Source: Candidatus Latescibacterota bacterium (GTDB lineage: Bacteria; Latescibacterota; UBA2968). Taken from it: a stretch of 64,000 nt of DNA. The stretch is taken from contig OZ242320.1 in NCBI GenBank assembly GCA_965208125.1, positions 1,184,001 to 1,248,000 of the forward strand, read 5' to 3'. Positions within the stretch are counted from its first letter, which is position 1; each line of letters begins with the position of its first letter. The position numbers and the translations under genes are program-made. The notes under the pieces are model-generated. The model saw only the letters and a program-made list of their open reading frames with translations. It had not been told where the DNA came from and did not search any database. Positions 57,240 to 64,000 of the stretch are shown in pieces.

Positions 57240-58084
57240 CCCCAGGCGAAACGACTGCCCAGCCAATAGCGCAGTGCAATGCCCAGTTTGTGCAAATCGT
57301 TGAGGCGAATAGACGCGCCAAAAACATCGTAGTTGGCGCGCTGGATCTTCACGAGCAACTGGGCATAAATTTTACCCATAATCTGCGCCGAAAACATGGA
57401 AGCCCGGTCCTCGGCTGGAAGCAATTCTTCGGCTGTTTGATAGTAGGTCCACGCGCGCTGCGCTTGAAACCGCATCAAATCGATAAACGCCGCGTTATAA
57501 TCTCCACGAGCAAGAGCCTTTTCCGTATATCCAAACCGCGTCATCTCTTCCTGCGGAAGATAAATGCGGTCCTGTTGCCAATCCGTATGCACATCTCGCA
57601 AAATATTGGTCAGTTGAAGCGCGAGCCCCAGGTTGACGGCGTAGTCGCGGGTCTGCGGATTGCGGTACCCAAAAATTTCAATACAAATTAACCCCACAAC
57701 CGATGCGACCCGATAGCAGTATTCGCGCAACTCGTCAAACGTCGCATACCGATTCTTAGTCAAATCCATCTCAACACCCTCAATAAGCGCCAGAAAATGC
57801 GCTTTGGGAATGGGAAAATCCCGCAAAACGCCCTGCAGATTCTGCGCGATTGGATGGGTGGCATTGCCCTTATAGCAGGCGTGGAGTTGCTCGCGCCATG
57901 CATTGAGTCGGCACCGCGCCTCTTCTGGCGAAGCCGCATCATCCACGATATCATCTGTATGTCGGCTAAACGCATAAGCCGAAAAAATGGCCTCGCGTTT
58001 TTTGCGCGGCAAAAAAACAAAAGCGTAAAAAAAATTCGTTCGAGCGCCTCGCACGATCTTGGCAATGTGTTTTTTGAGGTTCAC
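57236..58084 (-). CDS. hpnD: Presqualene diphosphate synthase HpnD
   Basis: NFFYAF..LP, DDIVD, YCYRVASVVG, LQLTNILRDV. Confidence 0.88.
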   Translation of the reverse strand: MNLKKHIAKIVRGARTNFFYAFVFLPRKKREAIFSAYAFSRHTDDIVDDAASPEEARCRLNAWREQLHACYKGNATHPIAQNLQGVLRDFPIPKAHFLALIEGVEMDLTKNRYATFDELREYCYRVASVVGLICIEIFGYRNPQTRDYAVNLGLALQLTNILRDVHTDWQQDRIYLPQEEMTRFGYTEKALARGDYNAAFIDLMRFQAQRAWTYYQTAEELLPAEDRASMFSAQIMGKIYAQLLVKIQRANYDVFGASIRLNDLHKLGIALRYWLGSRFAWG

Positions 58085-58965
58085 GATTGGACGCCTCGAA
58101 AAAAAAGCGTTTTCAACAAAAGCACGGGCAAATCGCGTTTTGTAATAGTGGGTCGTCGATGAAAAACATCACAATCGTTATCGCGAATCTTCTTTAGAAT
58201 ACGCATCCCCCCCAAACAGGTCAACCGCAGTTCAAAGCGCAACCGCCCTTTCACCATACCCAGCAGGGGATAACCCTCCACAAATAGATCCCGTGTGCGA
58301 TTGATGAGATAATCCATAAGCCTGCAAAATTGCGGCGTAACGCGCTGATCGCGCAAATCTGAAATCCCCACGCCAAACCGTTTGAGATCCTCCTGCGGGA
58401 GATAAATGCGCCCGCGCGAAAAATCAATTGCAATATCCTGCCAGAAATTGGCGAGTTGCAACGCGCTACATATCGCGTCAGAATACCGCGCATAGTCCTC
58501 GCCGCGATACCCAAACAGATGGAGAATAAGCCGCCCCACGGGATTGGCAGAAAAAGTGCAGTACGCCAGCAAATCCCGATACGTCTGATGCCGTTGCGTC
58601 GTCACATCCATGCGAAACGCCGTGAGCAAATCCCTGAGCAATTGCACGGGCAAATCGCGCGTGCGAATCGTCTCTGCAAGTGCCGTAAATATCGGACCAA
58701 CCGGATCTGAAAGACACGCATCGAGACGCGCTTCCCACTCAGCCAGATGATCGAGACGCTCATGCATCGTCAAACCCGGCTCATCGGCAAAATCATCCGC
58801 CGTGCGCGCAAACGCATAGATACTATACACATGGGGCCGCATCGATTTGGGGATAAGCACCGAACCAACCGGAAAATTCTCATAATGCGCACGGGTAAGT
58901 GCCTCGCAATGGGCATAAGCCTCTGCAATCGCAATCCCGCGGGTATTGTATGCGGTCTGTGACAT
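58081..58965 (-). CDS. hpnC: Hydroxysqualene synthase HpnC
   Basis: HYENFPVGS, YAFARTADDFADE, SANPVGRL, LQLANFWQD. Confidence 0.9.
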   Translation of the reverse strand: MSQTAYNTRGIAIAEAYAHCEALTRAHYENFPVGSVLIPKSMRPHVYSIYAFARTADDFADEPGLTMHERLDHLAEWEARLDACLSDPVGPIFTALAETIRTRDLPVQLLRDLLTAFRMDVTTQRHQTYRDLLAYCTFSANPVGRLILHLFGYRGEDYARYSDAICSALQLANFWQDIAIDFSRGRIYLPQEDLKRFGVGISDLRDQRVTPQFCRLMDYLINRTRDLFVEGYPLLGMVKGRLRFELRLTCLGGMRILKKIRDNDCDVFHRRPTITKRDLPVLLLKTLFFRGVQS

Positions 58966-59026
58966 AAGGTGAAGATACGACAGGGATGTTGTAAAATCAA
59001 TATCTTGACTTCTACGGCACAAAAAG

Positions 59027-59068
59027 AAAACACCCCAGCATCTTTGTGCCGGGGCGTTTTGTGTGTCA
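59027..59068. repeat. Hairpin repeat, copy 1 (terminator-like)
   Basis: AAAACACCCCAGCA-TCTTTG-TGCCGGGGCGTTTT-GTGTGTCA. Confidence 0.8.
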
Positions 59069-59162
59069 TTTAAATTCAATACCAAAACGGTTATTTATTT
59101 TTTCACTTTTCACTGCGACCAGTGCACGGAATAAGCGTGTTATGTCTCGGAGGCTGAGAACA

Positions 59163-59387
59163 TCAATCAGAACGAGAACTGCATGCTTGTAAGATGAGAC
59201 GTTCTTTTTGTTCGCTTACCGTGACGGATTCCTCGCAATCTTTAATGATTTCGTCCAACTCCCGTGCAACTGCATGCATATTGTCACCATGGCAACCACC
59301 AAAGAACAATCTTGGACAGGTTCCGACATAACATTGATCAATTTCTGACCATTGTACTGTGCCACCATATTTTGTTGTCATTGCCAT
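59163..59387 (-). CDS. hicB: HicB-like antitoxin (N-terminal domain only)
   Basis: Y...V.WSE.DQCYVG.CP.L..GGCHGD......EL; sits directly downstream of a hicA-like remnant. Confidence 0.7.
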   Translation of the reverse strand: MAMTTKYGGTVQWSEIDQCYVGTCPRLFFGGCHGDNMHAVARELDEIIKDCEESVTVSEQKERLILQACSSRSD

Positions 59388-59389
59388 AT

Positions 59390-59476
59390 TTAAGCCCTCT
59401 TAATAGCGTCTTTTACAGCTTTTTCTTGATAAGGTTTTGCATCACTACCGAGGTCCCCTTGTCTTTTAACAGGCAT
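59390..59476 (-). pseudogene. hicA: Internally deleted HicA-like toxin (28 aa)
   Basis: GGAGG RBS; MPVKRQGDLGSDAKPYQEKAVKDAIKRA*. G.DAK.YQ.K.V resembles a HicA C-terminus, but the G.GSH core is absent. Confidence 0.65.
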
Positions 59477-59529
59477 CTCATGCCTCCTGAAATAAAAACT
59501 TTGCAATTCAATCCCATATACTTAAAACG

Positions 59530-59558
59530 AAAGTAGCCGATTTCTATGGACCTGTCAA
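59530..59558 (-). promoter_or_regulatory. Putative sigma70 promoter upstream of hicA/hicB
   Basis: TTGACA, 17-nt spacer, TACTTT on the minus strand. Confidence 0.45.
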
Positions 59559-59731
59559 CACCTGCATCGCGTCACATAATGGGCGACCGTGGGCTTGCAT
59601 TAGCAAATGAATGCGACCTGGTCCAAACCAAAAAGGAAACCCACAATAATGTTGTCCATACCTGAAACCCGTATTGCCTTGAATCTGTTGTTCAAACAAT
59701 AGCCCTACATTAAATGCAACAGTACAAAAGA

Positions 59732-59773
59732 GAACGCCACAGCATCGTTGTGCCGGGGTGCTTTTGTGTGTCA
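59732..59773. repeat. Hairpin repeat, copy 2 (terminator-like)
   Basis: GAACGCCACAGCA-TCGTTG-TGCCGGGGTGCTTTT-GTGTGTCA. Confidence 0.8.
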
Positions 59774-59801
59774 GATAACCAATTTCCAATATGTTTCATC
59801 T

Positions 59802-60851
59802 TTACGCGGAATCCAACGGGTGTTTATCCAAATACGCAAATAAATCATTCATAAAATCATTGGTAAGCCTGCCAATAACGTATGCTTTATCTTGTCCTGG
59901 TTTCCAAAAGGCTTCATGTATCGCACCGCTGCGATAGCCATAGATGAGGTCTAACGTTTCACGTTTTCGTTTATCAAAAAACTCGCTCTTATCAGCGCAT
60001 AGATGATCGCACATCTGCTTAAAATTTCGCTCTATTTGCTCTCCTTTCTTGTTTATGGTATAAATCTCATTTTTAGTCAGGGGTTTATAAACGTACTTAA
60101 TCAGTGTTTCAGTGACCTTTCCACAAAGCATGATCGTCGCCAGATAACACTGATTTATGTAGCATTCAGAAGCCTCTTCAAGCATGTGCTCTATGGCATC
60201 CACTATGTCTTTGTCAAAATCAGGTGAAGCAGATTCCAATGCATTAAATTGCAAGGGGTCCTCAGTGTTTTTATTTTGTAATTTGGTGTAAATTTTTTTT
60301 ATTAATTTTTTTATTTGATTGCTTAGGGATATTTGATTTGGAGTTATATACGATAGGTATGCTCCAAACGATTCTGAAAACTCGCGCCTCTTCAAATATT
60401 CGACATATTCTTTAACGACTTGCTCAACTTCCATATTTTTTTTAGCATCGTCTGTATTTAAATAAGTTAAATAGTCATTAAGAATTTCCATTGGCAGAGA
60501 TTCGGTCCGAAACTCTGCCCTGAGTGCTCGTATTGCCTGCATATCTATTTCTGTATATTTCGGTTCACATATCAACACCTGGAATATATCTAAAAACGAA
60601 CTCCCCGTACTCTCAAAATAAAATCTCCGTAAGCCCTCTTCTGGTCCTTCAAACCATTTTTCAGGAGGTGCGACCATCCCATAAAGTCGTTCAGCAATTA
60701 GTTCGTCATAGTCTGGAACTTCCAATTTAAGTGGCGAAACGATTTTACGAATAAGTTCATATACCTTTTTATCTGGTCTTAACGAGAACAGGATAAAAGC
60801 AATCGCAAGCCGAGAAAATGTCTTGGCGTTCAATTCGTTGACGTCGTCCAT
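59802..60851 (-). CDS. Hypothetical protein with a C-terminal DUF4145-like HEPN domain
   Basis: AT-rich; EEA..C.....YLA...LC....E and YRSGAIH (R-x4-H). Confidence 0.6.
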   Translation of the reverse strand: MDDVNELNAKTFSRLAIAFILFSLRPDKKVYELIRKIVSPLKLEVPDYDELIAERLYGMVAPPEKWFEGPEEGLRRFYFESTGSSFLDIFQVLICEPKYTEIDMQAIRALRAEFRTESLPMEILNDYLTYLNTDDAKKNMEVEQVVKEYVEYLKRREFSESFGAYLSYITPNQISLSNQIKKLIKKIYTKLQNKNTEDPLQFNALESASPDFDKDIVDAIEHMLEEASECYINQCYLATIMLCGKVTETLIKYVYKPLTKNEIYTINKKGEQIERNFKQMCDHLCADKSEFFDKRKRETLDLIYGYRSGAIHEAFWKPGQDKAYVIGRLTNDFMNDLFAYLDKHPLDSA

Positions 60852-60967
60852 ATTTGGTCATCTCCCAAGAGGGTGAACTGTCGTACTCTTATCAGGAACT
60901 AAATTAGCCTGCCACTGTCAAGCACGCAAGATTTTTGACTTGCACGGCGAAGCGACCGCAGAAAAAT

Positions 60968-61001
60968 AGAACGCCCCAGCATCGTTGTGCCGGGGCGTTC
61001 T
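60968..61001. repeat. Hairpin repeat, copy 3 (terminator-like)
   Basis: AGAACGCCCCAGCA-TCGTTG-TGCCGGGGCGTTCT. Confidence 0.8.
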
Positions 61002-61064
61002 CTCCAGGTGAATTCATCCTATATTCATGCTATATTTCCATAACATCACATTCCCCTCAATCTT

Positions 61065-63581
61065 TTAACGCGACAGAAGTGGCCGGTAAACCTTTTTGCC
61101 ATCTGAGATTAAATTTCCTCCGGAATTCCACGCTAAATCTGTAACTGTAGCACCTGTTCGAATCTGTTTTTCTCGTAGCCAACCATCTGTTCGCCAGAAG
61201 GTTATGATACCGTCTTCGTCTCCGACAGCGAGATACCGCCCATCAGGTCTAAAAGCAATGGCAAATACATTACCTGCATTCAGCCGTCGAACCTCTGCCC
61301 CGCTACTTACTCTCCATAAGACCACACTGGTATTACTCCCATCGTAGCCATCGGTAGCGAGATATTGTCCATCCGGACTGAACGCGACTGCACGGACATT
61401 GCCCCCAGGTGCCATAAATTGACTATTTACATCGTCTGTCCACCAACTGCTCACCTCCCAAAGAACCGCATAGCCAGCATCATCCCCCGTAGCGAGATAA
61501 CGTCCATTGGGACTAAACGCGACATCATAGACCTCAGAGGCGTCTCGTGCTCCCCACCCGGTCCGTCTGTCACTATTCAGATCCCAGAGCCACGCCCAGC
61601 GAAGATCAACCCCTATTGCGACATAATTCCCATTGGGGCTGAACGCGACTGAATTGACTCGATCTGCATCACTACTCGATGCACCAACCCCCGTTCGTTG
61701 GATCTCTGTGCCACTGCTCACATCTAACAGGACCACATGGGGTTCACTACTGCCTAAGCCATCGGCAGCGATATACCGCCCATCGGAGCTGAAGGCAACG
61801 GATGCGACTTCACCACCAAGACTCTTCCACCAGAGATTCGTGCCACTGCTCACCTCCCAAAGACCTATATCGCCTTCGTCATCTCCCGTTGCGATATATC
61901 TTCCATTGGGACTAAAAGCAACTGAAAGACTGCGACTATAAAGAGAATAGACCTCCTGGCTACCAAGTGCAAGCGTCCCCGTCTTTAAGGGATACTCAAA
62001 GAAGTTGAAATCCCAGGATACGGCGGCAAAATTTCCACCCAACCCAATTTTGTCGAAAATTGCAGCTTGTACACCAGCGTACCCATCTACACCCGCATGT
62101 AACGACCAATCAATCCGGCTCTGTGCTCGATTTGTCACCGCAGTAAAATCCAGGTAAGGTTTCAACCCAAAATAAGGTCCGGCTACAGCATACAAATTAA
62201 AATCTACTTGACCACGTATATAGCCGCGAATAGTCGCCGCGCCTTGTAGTTCTACGGTAGAATCCAGCACTTTGTAGGTCGCTTCGGAACCGTCCGTCAA
62301 TTTCTGCCACAAGCCATCTTTGTATATCGTCCCAACCTCAACAGGCTTTGTCATTGTTATACCCGAAATGATCCGCCCGTCAAATTCAGCACTGAAATCC
62401 GCCCCCACGCCAAATTCCACCCTCACCTCAACCACAACGGGAATCCCACCCACTACAAAGAAGGCGTAATTGGTCACTTGCGCCACGGGTTGGTCTGCAT
62501 TCAGAGTAAAAGCACGAAATGCTTCCAGAGACATTTCTAATGTGACAACGAGATCGCCATTTACTCCCACCTTTAGAGAATCCAACTTAGAACCTTCGAT
62601 ATTCATCTTAAACTCATACTCCGGCGAGAAAGAAATATCGCAAGTGGTCACGCGTAGCTTTGCAGAAGCATCGTTATACAGGGTAATGGGGTCCTGTATT
62701 GTTGGGTTTGCCAACGCGGGCTTTGTCGCTGGAAAACGAAAAGTCCGGCTTATCGAAGCATCTTCAATCACCTCCGTCAAGGCGGCATCTCTGGTCATCA
62801 CAACGACTTCACGGGCATCTTGTCGGCTCACGCTAACTACTTTCTTTAAAAAATAAGGCTCCACCGTATTGACCATGACATCACCGACTTTCACACGCGG
62901 CGCTGTTCCTTGCACAGAAAAGGTTATCTGATCGCCCGTTGTAGTCTGATACATCAAAGGCCCGTCCGGAACGCCCACCAGGACCGCAGCATCAGAGATA
63001 GAGACCACTTCCACTTTCACCGTATCGGGCCTGCTGGCATCCTGCCCGTCATGCACCACCAGTTGAAACAGGTAAGTGCCCGGCCTTTGTGCGCGAAAGG
63101 CCGGTTGGGCAACGGTCACCCCGGAAAGAGCGACGGATTCACCTCCAACTTGACGCCATTCGTAGGTCAATGTTTCGCCTTCAGGGTCGCTACTATTGGC
63201 CCCGTCCAATGTCACTGTTTCACGTTTATCGACGCTTTGGTCTTCGCCTGCCTGAGCTATGGGCAATTGATTTTGTCGTGCTGTTTGCCCAAAGAAATCG
63301 ACAAAGATGAGGAAGTCAGAAATCCCCACCACGCCATTGCTATCCAGATCGTACTTTGCATCATACGTCCCATCGCCGCGGCTTGACCCGAAATGATCGA
63401 CAAACAGCAAAAAATCGGGAATATCAACTATCCCATTGCCGTCAAAGTCAGCATCCGCCGCAGTTTGAGCAGCCACAGGGCACGCCAGACTCAACAGCAT
63501 CGCCGCAGCAACAAATAACCGATACAGAATAATTTCCTCCCAAAGATGATCCTTACGTGTCTTTAAATCACGACGATTCAC
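61065..63581 (-). CDS. Secreted multidomain protein: dockerin/EF-hand-like, PKD, beta-rich middle, WD40 propeller
   Basis: DFDGNG.VD..DF..F...FG twice; PIAQAG.DQ...LDG..SSDP; repeated VAFSP.GRY(I/L)A(T)G. Start uncertain. Confidence 0.8.
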   Translation of the reverse strand: MNRRDLKTRKDHLWEEIILYRLFVAAAMLLSLACPVAAQTAADADFDGNGIVDIPDFLLFVDHFGSSRGDGTYDAKYDLDSNGVVGISDFLIFVDFFGQTARQNQLPIAQAGEDQSVDKRETVTLDGANSSDPEGETLTYEWRQVGGESVALSGVTVAQPAFRAQRPGTYLFQLVVHDGQDASRPDTVKVEVVSISDAAVLVGVPDGPLMYQTTTGDQITFSVQGTAPRVKVGDVMVNTVEPYFLKKVVSVSRQDAREVVVMTRDAALTEVIEDASISRTFRFPATKPALANPTIQDPITLYNDASAKLRVTTCDISFSPEYEFKMNIEGSKLDSLKVGVNGDLVVTLEMSLEAFRAFTLNADQPVAQVTNYAFFVVGGIPVVVEVRVEFGVGADFSAEFDGRIISGITMTKPVEVGTIYKDGLWQKLTDGSEATYKVLDSTVELQGAATIRGYIRGQVDFNLYAVAGPYFGLKPYLDFTAVTNRAQSRIDWSLHAGVDGYAGVQAAIFDKIGLGGNFAAVSWDFNFFEYPLKTGTLALGSQEVYSLYSRSLSVAFSPNGRYIATGDDEGDIGLWEVSSGTNLWWKSLGGEVASVAFSSDGRYIAADGLGSSEPHVVLLDVSSGTEIQRTGVGASSSDADRVNSVAFSPNGNYVAIGVDLRWAWLWDLNSDRRTGWGARDASEVYDVAFSPNGRYLATGDDAGYAVLWEVSSWWTDDVNSQFMAPGGNVRAVAFSPDGQYLATDGYDGSNTSVVLWRVSSGAEVRRLNAGNVFAIAFRPDGRYLAVGDEDGIITFWRTDGWLREKQIRTGATVTDLAWNSGGNLISDGKKVYRPLLSR

Positions 63582-63594
63582 CTTTCAGCTAACT

Positions 63595-64000
63595 TCACTC
63601 TCCGATGATGTGGATAATACGACCCTTCTCATCCGACACGTAGATTGGCCCCTTCAGGCTACAGTCCCCCCACTCGTAGTTCTGGCGGCCAACGAGCTTA
63701 CCGCTTATGGGGTCGGGTAGTCTGTACGCATCGGCCTGACTAACGTCAACGCGGTAGCCGAGATCGGCCAAAGACTGGATCGTGATCGCGCTCAGGGGAT
63801 TGGCTTCGTAACTGTATATAGGAGTCATAAGTTCGGTACCCAACACGGACTCCCTCCAGTGGCTGCCATCACTCTCTGTTGGGACCTTTGCCCCGTTGTA
63901 GTTCCTACCACCCGCATTGTTGAACGCTTGAATCGATAGCGAGCCGGTGAAGTGCCTGTTGCTACTACTCCCGCGGAGCAAGTCCAATTCTTTCCAAAGT
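63595..64000 (-). CDS. C-terminus of a leishmanolysin-like (M8) metallopeptidase; 5' end outside the window
   Basis: SHWRESVLGTELMTP...PLSAITIQSLADLGY.VD...AD.Y. Confidence 0.7.
   Translation of the reverse strand, partial: LWKELDLLRGSSSNRHFTGSLSIQAFNNAGGRNYNGAKVPTESDGSHWRESVLGTELMTPIYSYEANPLSAITIQSLADLGYRVDVSQADAYRLPDPISGKLVGRQNYEWGDCSLKGPIYVSDEKGRIIHIIGE

Noticed and set aside
55920-58965. hpnCDE without a squalene-hopene cyclase as a novel pathway
   Set aside because: The three-gene squalene route is well known, and shc is often encoded elsewhere.
59544-59789. 81-aa minus-strand ORF
   Set aside because: It reads through hairpin copy 2 and the putative promoter; no RBS or motif.
59027-61001. 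CRISPR array formed by the three hairpin repeats
   Set aside because: Spacing is about 700 and 1200 bp with genes in between, and there are no cas genes.

Overview
Bacterial window whose gene content suggests a marine, possibly sponge-associated Latescibacterota/Gemmatimonadota/Poribacteria-like genome. This is an inference from the sulfatase, PhyH, Fn3, WD40 and dockerin-like expansions. 1-30.6 kb, almost all on the minus strand, is a sulfated-glycan catabolism region. It holds a truncated PL8 chondroitin-ABC-lyase-like gene missing from the ORF track, an MFS transporter, nine sulfatase-family genes (one with Thr at the formylglycine position), an iota-carrageenase-like GH82, a GH117, an esterase and seven PhyH-type Fe(II)/2-oxoglutarate oxygenases. 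Three of these oxygenases have H-x-G instead of H-x-D, a halogenase-like signature. 30.7-34.3 kb is an AT-richer, defence-like islet: a Swt1-type HEPN gene, a MITE-like element, a Doc gene coupled to a second HEPN-motif gene, a helical-repeat protein and a 65-bp diverged copy of part of that HEPN gene. 35.5-55.9 kb on the plus strand runs GT2, TonB/ExbB/ExbD, ECF sigma, anti-sigma, Spy-like protein, an RND pump with Gly/Arg/Gln low-complexity tracts, an RDD protein, a ~2080-aa Fn3 lipoprotein with five 885-bp repeats, a sigma54 activator with a degenerate receiver, and threonine synthase. 55.9-64 kb on the minus strand holds hpnCDE, then cassettes separated by three copies of one hairpin (internally deleted hicA plus hicB; a DUF4145-like HEPN gene), a dockerin-like/PKD/WD40 protein and the end of a leishmanolysin-like protease. 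No rRNA, tRNA, CRISPR array, integrase or transposase was recognised. All family calls come from motif recognition by eye, not from database searches.
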